A stretch of 43,668 bases of DNA from a virus (IMGVR_UViG_3300033067_000741:1-43668); one strand, 5' to 3'; counted from the stretch's first letter, positions 16,742 to 26,543 are shown. Notes: generated from the sequence alone by a model not told the origin. Numbers and translations are program-made.

Positions 16742-17278
16742 TTACCAAAAGATGTTTTTAATACGTTGCCAATATGATTGACTTTTCATAAAATCATCAA
16801 TAACACTATCTCTAGCTGCATCAATGATTTTTGGTTTTTCAGTTTCAATTATCCAATCTCTAGCTTCATTTACTATTTCAGCTTCATTTTGAATCTCTGG
16901 CATTTTAAGAAATGTTCTTTGTTCAGAATCAAAATTTTGTGATAATTCTAAATCAATAATCACATATAATGGCAATGAATAAAATGGTGACACTGGATAA
17001 CTTGGCGGATTTAAAACAGTTGCCACACAAGGTAAGAAGGTTGTCGGATGAACTAATTTAATCATAAAATCAGAAAAGGTATATCCTTTATTAAATAAAT
17101 GATCCTTAATTACTTCATCTGACATTCTCAAATATTTAACAGTAGTTGTATATTGAGCACCATCAAAATTTGGTTTAGTCTCTTTATCAATTACTTCTTT
17201 TAATAAATTTTTATTTTTATCATCCAATTCATTTACTATTTCTTTTAGTAATTCTTTATCTAAATCAACATCATTCAT
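16742..17278 (-). CDS. hypothetical protein
   Basis: 178 aa ORF coupled to upstream gene. Confidence 0.65.
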   Translation of the reverse strand: MNDVDLDKELLKEIVNELDDKNKNLLKEVIDKETKPNFDGAQYTTTVKYLRMSDEVIKDHLFNKGYTFSDFMIKLVHPTTFLPCVATVLNPPSYPVSPFYSLPLYVIIDLELSQNFDSEQRTFLKMPEIQNEAEIVNEARDWIIETEKPKIIDAARDSVIDDFMKSQSYWQRIKNIFW

Positions 17279-18135
17279 TATTTCTTTCCTTTAGTGCTTT
17301 TCAACATATCCATGTCAGCAGTTGCAGGAGCGCCTAATTGAGCAAGATCGGCCAATGAACCGCCGAAGTTATATGAACCCATGTGTTCTAATTGCATCCA
17401 TGGACATAGCCATACTTTACCACCCATATTTTCAACATTGTAACAGAAGAAATAATCTTCTGATAAGTAACGTCTAGAACCGGGTTGAATTTGACAATCA
17501 AAGTAAGCATGGATTTCTCTTGATCCATCAAAGTGTTCTGTTCTAGCATGATCTGGCTTATAAGACAACTCTGGATATGCTACTTTATATTTTTCAAAAG
17601 TGCTTCTTTTAATCATCATGAAACCAGTTCCAATTTCCGCAACTTCAGCGGGTTCTGAAATTAAGATTTCACCTTGGCCTTGTTTAGGATTAAATACATA
17701 ATCACCAACAAATCTTTCCAAGACGTTTGGATTTTGATCAGCAAAGCCTTTATCAACTGCCATTTTAATCTTTTCCCAAGAAATACATTTCTTAGGATAT
17801 GCAGCACCAATAACATCATATGGAGAATCATCAGATTGTAATGCCATAAGAGCGATAACGTCTTGGGCATTAAATTTAATATCAGCGTCGATAAACATTA
17901 AATGTGTAGCATCAGAACGTAAAAATTCATCACAACAATAATTTCTAGCACGTTGAATTAAAGATTCATTAGATAAGAAATAGCATTGTAATTGAATATT
18001 GTTCTTAGCACATAACGCTGTTAAATCCATCATTGATCTAGTATAGGTTCCGGTACACATACCGCCATACATAGGAGTTGCAACGAATAGTTTTCTTTTT
18101 TGTAGTTCTGATATAGGTAAGTTAATTTCAACCAT
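17278..18135 (-). CDS. GT-A fold glycosyltransferase-like protein
   Basis: LFVATPMYGG, ESLIQRARN, HLMFIDADI (DxD), GTGFMMI, LSEDYFFC, L.H.G. Confidence 0.75.
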   Translation of the reverse strand: MVEINLPISELQKRKLFVATPMYGGMCTGTYTRSMMDLTALCAKNNIQLQCYFLSNESLIQRARNYCCDEFLRSDATHLMFIDADIKFNAQDVIALMALQSDDSPYDVIGAAYPKKCISWEKIKMAVDKGFADQNPNVLERFVGDYVFNPKQGQGEILISEPAEVAEIGTGFMMIKRSTFEKYKVAYPELSYKPDHARTEHFDGSREIHAYFDCQIQPGSRRYLSEDYFFCYNVENMGGKVWLCPWMQLEHMGSYNFGGSLADLAQLGAPATADMDMLKSTKGKK

Positions 18136-18521
18136 TATTTATCCTTTGTTTTTGTATCGTGATATTCTAATAACATTATACCATAATGGAGAATCTTTAG
18201 CAAATCTTTTTTATTATAACCATCTTTCTTACCATATCTAGCAGCATATTTAATAATATTACCAGTAAAGAAATCAGGAGAAGTTGCATGATCCATAATC
18301 AATTTTGTTACTTGGGTTTTCTCACCATCTTTACCAGAATAGTGTTGTGAATAAGTTGAGTCTATATATGTCTTCAACTCAACTAAATGTTTATCTTCGT
18401 TGAAGGTATATTGTATAGTTGGTTGTTGATAATTTTTTACTGTCCAATTTGCATAATTATGATCATTATAATTATCATACAAAGTTTTAGTTATTACTTC
18501 CATATTAAAATGACTTCCCAC
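18135..18521 (-). CDS. DUF3310 / T7 gp1.7-like nucleotide kinase domain protein
   Basis: YIDSTYSQHY, F..GNIIKYAARYGKKDG, DLLKILHY. Confidence 0.75.
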   Translation of the reverse strand: MGSHFNMEVITKTLYDNYNDHNYANWTVKNYQQPTIQYTFNEDKHLVELKTYIDSTYSQHYSGKDGEKTQVTKLIMDHATSPDFFTGNIIKYAARYGKKDGYNKKDLLKILHYGIMLLEYHDTKTKDK

Positions 18522-19014
18522 CTTCAGATTGACGTACTTCTAATTTATGATCTTCTCTTTTAGAGTTATATTCATTCTTTTCAGCAATAGCACCAGCAAT
18601 GTCTAGTCCTAATGCACCACCCATATCTAGAATACGAATGATAGCATCTGCTAATTCTACTTCAACCATTTTACGATGTGGTAAATGATCATCCATTAAA
18701 TCTTTTCTGACACCTTCCATTGCTTCAGAAATTTCAGAATGAATCAATGCAATCTTGGTTGCTGCCCAAAATCCTTTAATTTGATTAGCAAATACTGGAT
18801 CAAATTCAGATAATTTTTCAATCTTCTCTAATGGTTTATGCCAGCCTGATTTTGTAGCTTGCCCAAATAATTTGTCTTGCATTGATTGTAGAGTATCAAT
18901 TTCCGCTTGATTAATTTTTAATGGGTTATGTGGGGTTGCTTCATCATTATTGATAGTTGTTTCTGGTTTCATTGTTCTTGGATCGATGAACAATCCTTGT
19001 GTTGTAGTTACCAT
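18505..19014 (-). CDS. MazG-like all-alpha NTP pyrophosphohydrolase
   Basis: LIHSEISEAMEG and EVELADAIIRILD (ExxE...ExxD), EKNEYN. Confidence 0.85.
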   Translation of the reverse strand: MVTTTQGLFIDPRTMKPETTINNDEATPHNPLKINQAEIDTLQSMQDKLFGQATKSGWHKPLEKIEKLSEFDPVFANQIKGFWAATKIALIHSEISEAMEGVRKDLMDDHLPHRKMVEVELADAIIRILDMGGALGLDIAGAIAEKNEYNSKREDHKLEVRQSEGGKSF

Positions 19015-19295
19015 GTTGGTTTATATTCCTTTGTTGAGTTATTAAAATTTTTATATGAATATTTTATTTCTTTATTAAACCCTGTATATTCATACACAGG
19101 TATTATATCAACCTTTTTTGGGTTGTCACATTTAAAACAAAAATCCTTAGCTAAAAATCCATTTTTCTTTATAAGAAAGAAATTAATATCTTTAAATACA
19201 TAATTACTTTCATTACCGCAACTACATTTACTATAAGTATATAAATTGCCGGGATGGTGTCTAAAATGTAAATATTTAGAAGCTAACTTGTTCAT
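19008..19295 (-). CDS. hypothetical Zn-ribbon protein
   Basis: Likely start MNKLAS at 19295 (track start 19364 overlaps def heavily); CSC and CFKC. Confidence 0.55.
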   Translation of the reverse strand: MNKLASKYLHFRHHPGNLYTYSKCSCGNESNYVFKDINFFLIKKNGFLAKDFCFKCDNPKKVDIIPVYEYTGFNKEIKYSYKNFNNSTKEYKPTW

Positions 19296-19953
19296 TGAAT
19301 TTTTTAAGAGCCTTATCTCTGTGATATTTAGAAACACTGTCATGATTAAAAAACAATTCTCCATTCAAATGAGAAATTTCGTGTTGGATAACTCTTGCAG
19401 ACATACCAGTAAATGTTTGTGACATGACAGAACCATTTGGAACTTGAAACCTTAATCGTAAGGAAACAGGTCTTTTTATTTTACATTCAACACCCGGAAA
19501 TGATAAACAACCTTCTTCTAATTCTATTTTTTCATCAGAAAGAAAGGTTATCTTAGGGTTGTAGAATACGTAATTTTCCGGTTGACCCCTCATAGCAAAA
19601 ATAGTATATGGTTGACCAACTTGGTTTGCTGCCAATCCTATACCATTTTTTTCATACATAAATGCTACTAATTCTTTAGCAAATTCTACTGGATCAAATG
19701 GTGGATTAGCAAAATCAAAATGTTGACAAGGTGTTGTTAGTATTGGATTAAATCCTGTAATCAAAGATAAAGAACTTTTTTGTCCATACATTTCTCTTAT
19801 TTTTTTGATCGCACCTGAAGGATTTACCATAGGAGCAACACCTATTGGTAAAGGACTATTTTCATATAAATCCTTTATATCAACCTTTGGAGGTTCTAGT
19901 TTTTTTATAGCTTCATTTAGAGGCATTAATTTTTCTAAGGGTTCTGGTTTCAT
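19276..19953 (-). CDS. def: peptide deformylase
   Basis: GIGLAANQVG, EGCLS, QHEISHLNG. Confidence 0.93.
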   Translation of the reverse strand: MKPEPLEKLMPLNEAIKKLEPPKVDIKDLYENSPLPIGVAPMVNPSGAIKKIREMYGQKSSLSLITGFNPILTTPCQHFDFANPPFDPVEFAKELVAFMYEKNGIGLAANQVGQPYTIFAMRGQPENYVFYNPKITFLSDEKIELEEGCLSFPGVECKIKRPVSLRLRFQVPNGSVMSQTFTGMSARVIQHEISHLNGELFFNHDSVSKYHRDKALKKFNEQVSF

Positions 19954-20513
19954 TCTTTAAGTCCCGGTTCTATCCATTTTATTATAGTGTCATCATTAGG
20001 ATTAGCTTCGCCATCCCATATAAACCATGAATAAGAAGTAGTGCCTCCACCTTTTACAGTAGAGCCGGCTGGATACATACTCAATCTTTGGGAAAAGGTT
20101 AATATCATCGTTGGACGTTTGCCATATACACTATAGAATTTTTTATATCTTGAAACAGATTCTAAAAATGCTGTTCTAAGTAACAGACAAACTTTTTTAT
20201 CAGCTAAAGTTAATGCTTTTTCAAGCACATCTTCTGCAATATTGAATGGCGGATTTGTAACAATGTTAGAAATCGTATTCTCTTGCACTAGGAAATCTAT
20301 TCCACCTTTGCCATATCCACGATCATATAAATCTGTTGATATAACTTTATTACCAGTGGTTTTTAAGACTTCAGACATTGAACCATCACCACAACAAGGT
20401 TCCCATATAGGACCATCAAAACTAACATATTTTAATAGTGCTTTGGTTCCCCATGGTGGCGTTGGATAAAAATCCGCCCCTTCTTTATCGACTAATCTTC
20501 TATTTGTTGCCAT
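19950..20513 (-). CDS. amino-group (m6A/m4C) DNA methyltransferase
   Basis: DFYPTP, WEPCCGDG (motif I), IVTNPPF (motif IV), YSWFIW. Confidence 0.85.
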   Translation of the reverse strand: MATNRRLVDKEGADFYPTPPWGTKALLKYVSFDGPIWEPCCGDGSMSEVLKTTGNKVISTDLYDRGYGKGGIDFLVQENTISNIVTNPPFNIAEDVLEKALTLADKKVCLLLRTAFLESVSRYKKFYSVYGKRPTMILTFSQRLSMYPAGSTVKGGGTTSYSWFIWDGEANPNDDTIIKWIEPGLKE

Positions 20514-22225
20514 TATATATTCACTATTTTACTAAAGTTTTTTATTTTTTCGAACTTGATCACTTTACTAAACTTGTCTAATATCTGATCAGTCTTGTGG
20601 GATATTATATATACGTTTGTATCCTTTGTCAACTGTTTTATGATTTTAAGAAATTCTTCTGTACCATTAGAGTCTAATGATGAATCCATTACTTCATCCA
20701 TGAACAAAATATTAGTATTCAATGAATTTCTCATCTTAGCAATTGCTCGCCATGTGAATAGTAATGCTAAATCAATTCTGAATTTTTCACCTTCAGAGAA
20801 TGAATCATATTTGAAATCATCACGGAAACGTGATTTAATTACTTCATTGAAGTTTTCATCTAATTCAAATGATACGAAAAAGTCCATAGCAGCCAAATAC
20901 TTATTAATCAATTTATTGATAATAGGAATATATTGCTTAACAATAGTGGCTTTGATACCATTATCTTTAAGCATTGATTGGGCTATGGTTAATAATTGTT
21001 TCTCTTGTAATAATTCTTCATGGGTCTTATCACATTTCAACAATTCTTTATTAAGTTCTTTAATCTTTTTCTTATTATTATCTATGTCTTCAGTCGATGA
21101 CTTTTTAATCTCAATTTGTAATTCTTTGATATACTTTTTATTAGAAGCAATAAGAGCATTATTTTTAGAGATTTCAGATTCACCTTCTCTGATATAGTTT
21201 AATGTTGCCTCAATATATTTGAGTTTTTCATTAACTTCTACATATTCTTTTCTTAGCTTTTCTAAACCATCATTTATATCTTTAATCTTTTGTTCTTTTG
21301 ATGATACAGTTTCACATTTAAATTTTGTATCTATATGTTGTGAACATGTTGGACAAGAATCATTATGGTTTAAAAATTCAATAGTTTCTTCTAATGCTTC
21401 TTTAGAGGCTTTTAATTTCGCCCCTACTTCAGTCATTTTATTTTTCTTTGTTAAGAATTTTTGATGATCTTTGACTTCTTCTTTTAAAGGTGATAAAGAA
21501 GTTTTAATAGTATCTATTTCAGTTTCTAACTCTTTTATTCTAGTTTCTGTAAGCTTAATCTTTTCAGCTTTTTCTTCTGTTTGTTTTTCAGAAGAACTTT
21601 CCAGTTCCTTGATATGTTCAGTTATTAACTTAATCTTTTCATTGATCAGTTTCTTTTGGGTTTCATTATCGTTAATAGCAGTTGTATTGTTTTGAACTTT
21701 ACTTTTTAACAATACATTCATAGTGGTGACAATCTTAAGATTTAAGATGTCATCAATAAATTCACGACGTTGTGGAGTTTTTAACTGCATAAAAGGAATG
21801 TAAGATGCAGCACCTACTATTTCAGTTTTACAAAATGTATTATGATTAGATTTAAGAATTGTTTTTTCAAATTTATCTTGGTAATCTAATGAATCTACCT
21901 CTTGATTAATTAAGGTGCCATCCATATACACTTCGAATATAGCTGGTTTAATACCTCTTACAACCTTATAAGATACATTTTTAATATCAAATTCAACCTC
22001 AACCAAGCAATCTTTATTATTAATAGAATTGACTAGTTGAGGTTTATTGATATTTCTAAATGGTTTATTAAATAAAACAAATGATAAGGCATCTAGCACA
22101 GTAGATTTACCAGCACCATTTTTACCAATTATAAGGGTTGTGTCGGTAGAGTTTAAGTTTATTTCGGTAAACGTGTTACCAGTAGATAAAAAGTTTTTCC
22201 ATTTTATTGTTTTAAATTTTATCAT
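20513..22225 (-). CDS. 46: recombination ATPase gp46 (Rad50/SbcC-like)
   Basis: GKNGAGKST, CPTC Zn hook, FSEGEK, MDEVMD, ISHK. Confidence 0.97.
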   Translation of the reverse strand: MIKFKTIKWKNFLSTGNTFTEINLNSTDTTLIIGKNGAGKSTVLDALSFVLFNKPFRNINKPQLVNSINNKDCLVEVEFDIKNVSYKVVRGIKPAIFEVYMDGTLINQEVDSLDYQDKFEKTILKSNHNTFCKTEIVGAASYIPFMQLKTPQRREFIDDILNLKIVTTMNVLLKSKVQNNTTAINDNETQKKLINEKIKLITEHIKELESSSEKQTEEKAEKIKLTETRIKELETEIDTIKTSLSPLKEEVKDHQKFLTKKNKMTEVGAKLKASKEALEETIEFLNHNDSCPTCSQHIDTKFKCETVSSKEQKIKDINDGLEKLRKEYVEVNEKLKYIEATLNYIREGESEISKNNALIASNKKYIKELQIEIKKSSTEDIDNNKKKIKELNKELLKCDKTHEELLQEKQLLTIAQSMLKDNGIKATIVKQYIPIINKLINKYLAAMDFFVSFELDENFNEVIKSRFRDDFKYDSFSEGEKFRIDLALLFTWRAIAKMRNSLNTNILFMDEVMDSSLDSNGTEEFLKIIKQLTKDTNVYIISHKTDQILDKFSKVIKFEKIKNFSKIVNI

Positions 22226-23289
22226 TCCAATGCCAATGCTTCACTATATAATTCATGTATAATTTTTTTGAGTTTACTTTGTTTATTTTTTTCTTCAACT
22301 ATTTGTAATATGCGTTTGTTAAAAATAGATAAAGTATCATCCGCTTCAGAAACAACTTCTTCATCGTTTAGTAAATCTAAATTTTTATGATCTTCAACTA
22401 CTAATAAATCTTCAACGCCAGCGTTTTCAAGATTGTCAATGAACAAATCAAACCAATATGGATTTTCTTTATTGACTACTATCAATTTAACAATACAATC
22501 CTTATAGGAGGTAAAATCGATAGATAACAGTTTTTCTAATGTGGTGTTCGCATCATCGTAAAAAACCTTATGAAAGACTATATCATCGTTAGGAACGAAT
22601 GTCAACTCTCTAGTTTCTAAATCAAATATGTGAAATCCTTTCACTTGATCAGCATCAGACCAAGTAAATTGATATGGTGTTCCTAGATAATATATATTAT
22701 CGTTATTTGATCTATGATGAAAATGTCCTGAAAACACTTTATCAAATTTAGAAAATATTTTGGTATCCATACCGTCTAATGCCACAGAACCTTTGTGCAT
22801 TTCGAAACCAGCTATTTCCAAATGGCCAATAGCTATTTGGGCTTTGGTATCTCTCAACTGTTCGAAGAACTGTTCCCTATGATTTTCATCTTTAGGAATC
22901 CATGGAATTAACAATATTGGTATATCATTAATTTTTATTTCTGTAGTATATTTGTATATGTTTAAATCATAATTGCCATATAATTCTTCTATAGCTGATA
23001 TATCATTAGTATTTTTAAAATATGAGTCATGATTGCCTTGGATGATGTGAACGTCATAATTGCCCTTGACACAAGGCTCAATATATGATTTTCTCATTAC
23101 GTTGGCAGTGACGTAGTTGACATATTTTTGTCTATCGACTAAATCGCCAAGATGAATTATGTGTTTAATATTGTTCTTTTCTAAGTATGGGAAAAAACAA
23201 TTATTATAAAAGTTAGAAAATTTATTAAGAAAAAATTGACTATCTGATCTTGCTCCGAAATGGGTATCACATAATAATGCTATTTTCAA
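22222..23289 (-). CDS. 47: recombination nuclease gp47 (Mre11/SbcD-like)
   Basis: DTHFG, HLGDLVD, GNHD, GHLE, SGHFH; TTG start. Confidence 0.96.
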   Translation of the reverse strand: MKIALLCDTHFGARSDSQFFLNKFSNFYNNCFFPYLEKNNIKHIIHLGDLVDRQKYVNYVTANVMRKSYIEPCVKGNYDVHIIQGNHDSYFKNTNDISAIEELYGNYDLNIYKYTTEIKINDIPILLIPWIPKDENHREQFFEQLRDTKAQIAIGHLEIAGFEMHKGSVALDGMDTKIFSKFDKVFSGHFHHRSNNDNIYYLGTPYQFTWSDADQVKGFHIFDLETRELTFVPNDDIVFHKVFYDDANTTLEKLLSIDFTSYKDCIVKLIVVNKENPYWFDLFIDNLENAGVEDLLVVEDHKNLDLLNDEEVVSEADDTLSIFNKRILQIVEEKNKQSKLKKIIHELYSEALALE

Positions 23290-23291
23290 TG

Positions 23292-23441
23292 TTATTTATT
23301 CCTATTTAAAATGTCCTCACAGTATGTTTTGACAGATTCTAATATTTGAACATATCTATCTTTTACATGGGGTGGATTCTTTTCTTTCAATTTAGCAGCA
23401 TAATCTTGTATATTTTGTGGAACCAAATGAATGTTTTTCAT
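23292..23441 (-). CDS. 49-aa hypothetical protein
   Basis: Manual read MKNIHLVPQNIQDYAAKLKEKNPPHVKDRYVQILESVKTYCEDILNRNK; fills the gp55-gp47 gap. Confidence 0.65.
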   Translation of the reverse strand: MKNIHLVPQNIQDYAAKLKEKNPPHVKDRYVQILESVKTYCEDILNRNK

Positions 23442-23442
23442 T

Positions 23443-23976
23443 TTATTCTTCCTTCTTTAATTTCTTTTTATCGTTTATCTTTTGTTTTTTGAGTGCTTGT
23501 TTTTCTTCCCATGACGATATAACGTATGCCGTAGCTTCATTGATTGAATTGATATTGGATGATATCATATCTTGATCTTCTCTGTCAAGGTTTTCGATCA
23601 ACCCATTAAAAACAAATGATTGTTGGTAATTTTTGGCCTTCAGATAGTTCTCATACTTTTCATTATCTATCTTGCGTAGGAACGCAAACCATGCTATTTG
23701 TGTAAAATAACCAAATGGATTGTTGAATTTTTCTGGATTATATAAATCAACACCTTTACAACAATCCTCTATAGCATTAGATATCATTTCATCCTTATAT
23801 GTATATTGATTAAAATTTGGTCTTGTTGCTAATCTATTACAAATTTGCAATATAGCATACCCAATATCGTTGGGAATTTGTGGTAATGGTTTATTATTAG
23901 CTTTACAATCATTTAATTTTTCTACATATTTTCTTAAATGTTCTTGTAATTCTTCTTTTTTAATATATTCTGACAT
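23443..23976 (-). CDS. 55: late-transcription sigma factor gp55
   Basis: IG..ILQIC..LA.RPNF..YTYKDEMISNAIE, NPFGYFTQIAWFAFLRKI..EK. Confidence 0.95.
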   Translation of the reverse strand: MSEYIKKEELQEHLRKYVEKLNDCKANNKPLPQIPNDIGYAILQICNRLATRPNFNQYTYKDEMISNAIEDCCKGVDLYNPEKFNNPFGYFTQIAWFAFLRKIDNEKYENYLKAKNYQQSFVFNGLIENLDREDQDMISSNINSINEATAYVISSWEEKQALKKQKINDKKKLKKEE

Positions 23977-24020
23977 ATTAACCTTTAATAAAGTTTTAAA
24001 TCGAGTCTTGCATTTTTCGC

Positions 24021-24049
24021 TTGACAGGTTTTTTGAGGGTTGGTATAAT
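24021..24049 (+). promoter_or_regulatory. consensus sigma70 promoter with no downstream ORF
   Basis: TTGACA (24021-24026), 17 bp, TG-G-TATAAT (24044-24049). Confidence 0.8.
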
Positions 24050-24173
24050 AGTAATTATTTAAGAAAACATGATTACATCATTCAGTTAATTTGGCTTTAG
24101 CCAATTAACGAGTGTAACGAGTTAATAAATAATGATTCTGTAATTATTGTCTTTAACCCACAGGGATGAATAT

Positions 24174-24569
24174 TTACTTTGTATTTAAATCAATCTTATC
24201 CATGAGAAATATATCTTGAATATTAGAAGTTTCAGTTTTTGTAGATGGGGTAAAATTTTTCATATATTTAACTCCATTTTCAATACTCTTATAAGTACCT
24301 TTATCTAATCTTTCTTGGGCATATAAAACAGATAATGTATAATACTCATTCATCTTGTCATGGATATGATCTATAAAAATAACATGATAATTTGGTATAA
24401 TTATTGTAAAATCTTTACTTAATGGATTATACCTATTTAATACATATCCTGTTTCTATTGTTTCTAGTTTCATTGGATCATGAATAAGATAACAATCTTC
24501 CAAAAATTCAACTTTCCCAATAATAGTTTCCCCTGATGTTAATTTCAACATTTGAACTACATCTTCCAT
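24174..24569 (-). CDS. conserved T4-like hypothetical protein (Sm-like N-terminus)
   Basis: LKLTSGETIIG motif; position between uvsW and gp55. Confidence 0.75.
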   Translation of the reverse strand: MEDVVQMLKLTSGETIIGKVEFLEDCYLIHDPMKLETIETGYVLNRYNPLSKDFTIIIPNYHVIFIDHIHDKMNEYYTLSVLYAQERLDKGTYKSIENGVKYMKNFTPSTKTETSNIQDIFLMDKIDLNTK

Positions 24570-24570
24570 T

Positions 24571-26064
24571 TTACACTCCTAATTCTATATCATATATATT
24601 ATATGTATGACCTTGTTTTGAATAAATTTTTAATCTTTCTAGCAATCTCTTTACTGAAGGATTAGTTGCAGATTTAATAGTAAAAATATCTGCAATGTCA
24701 AAAAACCATGCCGAATCTTTGATACTAGTTTTTCTCAATATTCTACCTAATGCTTGTAACAATCTAATTTTATCTTGTAATGGCATTGTCAATATAGCAT
24801 TATTCAGATTTCTAATATTAATGTTTTCAGCAAATGTTCCTATAGATGCTACAGTAATAGAAGTCTCATGACTATCAATTAATTTTTGTATTTCTTGTCT
24901 TTTTAATACATTTACCGTACCATCAACATAATATATATTTTCTGGTTTATTTTCTCTAGATAATAATTCATCATAGATAGCTTTACCATGTTCCCTATAT
25001 TGGAACAATATGATAGTATTACCTTTCAATGATAAGGCAAGATTTATTATATATTGATTTCTTAAATCTGATGTTAACAAATATTCCAGTTCTTTATCAA
25101 TAGCTTTTTCTTTTTCTTTATTTCTATTAGCAATAGACTTCATAACTTTTTGGCGTACATCATCTGGATATTTCAATTTAATAATTTTAATATATGGTTT
25201 TGCTACTCTACCATCTTCGATCAATTCTTGGGTAGAAACAGTTTCATGAATTTCACCAAACATTCCTTTAAGGGTTAAGGTGTTGATTATTTTATCATCA
25301 ATAGTACCAGTATAACCATTACGATATTCACAATTAACCAAGTTTTCCATAATATATTTTAATGACTTGGCAGTGAATTTATGAATTTCGTCTCCGATCA
25401 TGGCATCAAATTGTTCAAACCATTCTGGATCATTATTAATTATTGATTGCCATGTAGTTATTATTATTTGTTTATCAGTAACTTTTTCTTTACCAGAATA
25501 AATTCTATGACAAAATTTTTCTACATCATAACCATATTCTTTAAAGTTATCATATATTTGTTCAACATATGCTTTACGATCAACAACAATAATTGTTTTA
25601 GTATTTAAATATCTGGCCAAGGCATAAATGATTACAGACTTACCAGACGAAGTTGGAGATAAAGTTAATGTTCTTTTTTCATTGATTGCATCAACCACCG
25701 CTTGCACTTGATATTCGTATGCTTCACCCTTTTCAGGAATTTGAATATCAAGATCAGTAATGAATTGTTGTATTTCATCGAATGTAACTTTTTTAATATT
25801 GTCTTCTAATTCATTTATAAAAATATAGTTTCTATCTTCACAAAATTTTTTAACATCGTTTAGAAGACCTTTATAAATCATTCTAGTTCCTAAGTGGAAC
25901 AGACGAATGATTCCATCCCATCGTTTACTTTTAACTTTAGGATTGAATGATGCATTATGAATTTTAAATGCAAAATGATTATTTAATTCGTAAGCTATTG
26001 ATTCATGACAAACAATTTTAATAAATGCTGCATTAACCGGCTTTATTATTACTTCTTTATTCAC
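24571..26064 (-). CDS. uvsW: SF2 helicase UvsW
   Basis: WDGIIRLF, YQVQAV, SPTSSGKS, GDEIH, TGT, LQALGRILR. Confidence 0.96.
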   Translation of the reverse strand: MNKEVIIKPVNAAFIKIVCHESIAYELNNHFAFKIHNASFNPKVKSKRWDGIIRLFHLGTRMIYKGLLNDVKKFCEDRNYIFINELEDNIKKVTFDEIQQFITDLDIQIPEKGEAYEYQVQAVVDAINEKRTLTLSPTSSGKSVIIYALARYLNTKTIIVVDRKAYVEQIYDNFKEYGYDVEKFCHRIYSGKEKVTDKQIIITTWQSIINNDPEWFEQFDAMIGDEIHKFTAKSLKYIMENLVNCEYRNGYTGTIDDKIINTLTLKGMFGEIHETVSTQELIEDGRVAKPYIKIIKLKYPDDVRQKVMKSIANRNKEKEKAIDKELEYLLTSDLRNQYIINLALSLKGNTIILFQYREHGKAIYDELLSRENKPENIYYVDGTVNVLKRQEIQKLIDSHETSITVASIGTFAENINIRNLNNAILTMPLQDKIRLLQALGRILRKTSIKDSAWFFDIADIFTIKSATNPSVKRLLERLKIYSKQGHTYNIYDIELGV

Positions 26065-26488
26065 CTATACCATACCTTCTTAGGTCGATTATATATTTTA
26101 TTGTATAACTTTTATTATGAATTTGTTTCATAATTTCTAATAGATAATCTACTTTTTCTTTTTGGATTTCAATTTTTTTAGACAATTTAACTATGTCTGG
26201 ATCAGCATCTAAAAATATTGGTATATCAGATTTCAATATTTTTCTATTGATTTCTTTTTTACCTTCTTTCCAATCTTCTTCTGATGCTCCATCTTTATAA
26301 AAGACAAAACAATCCCTTTTCAAGATTTTCATTTCTAATAATTGATTAGATAACTTCAAACGTTCGAATGTCAAAATATTCAAATACTTGGAATGTAGTT
26401 GGGGTATATTGATCAATTCACCTTCTAAATCTTCTCTTTTGATTTTAGAATCTTCTGTCCAATTGTTAATAATTTCTTCTATAGTCAT
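26057..26488 (-). CDS. uvsY: recombination mediator UvsY
   Basis: W.EDS.I, IPQLHSKYL, LDADPD; synteny gp3-uvsY-uvsW. Confidence 0.92.
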   Translation of the reverse strand: MTIEEIINNWTEDSKIKREDLEGELINIPQLHSKYLNILTFERLKLSNQLLEMKILKRDCFVFYKDGASEEDWKEGKKEINRKILKSDIPIFLDADPDIVKLSKKIEIQKEKVDYLLEIMKQIHNKSYTIKYIIDLRRYGIGE

Positions 26489-26514
26489 ATATTCCTCATT
26501 GTCAATTTTTTCTT

Positions 26515-26543
26515 ATTATAGCATGTTTATCTTACCATTGCAA
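26515..26543 (-). promoter_or_regulatory. sigma70-type promoter for uvsY-uvsW
   Basis: TTGCAA (26538-26543), 17 bp, TG-C-TATAAT (26515-26520). Confidence 0.7.

Noticed and set aside
19950-20513. MTase and PD-(D/E)xK nuclease as a bona fide type II R-M pair
   Set aside because: They are 8 kb apart in different transcription units; no sequence evidence of shared specificity
20595-21695. Plus-strand ORFs (200, 81, 74 aa) and similar antisense ORFs over gp41, gp43, gp45, gp23 and gp18
   Set aside because: Shadow frames opposite well-conserved genes; Ser/Leu/Phe-rich, with no SD or promoter
22200-22225. gp46 begins MIKFK like the core protein and the ART
   Set aside because: This is the normal gp46 first beta strand (F..I.WKNFLS.GN); coincidental
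23870-24100. 76-aa plus-strand ORF as target of the orphan promoter
   Set aside because: It starts upstream of the promoter inside antisense gp55; after the promoter only a 10-codon ATG frame without clear SD remains
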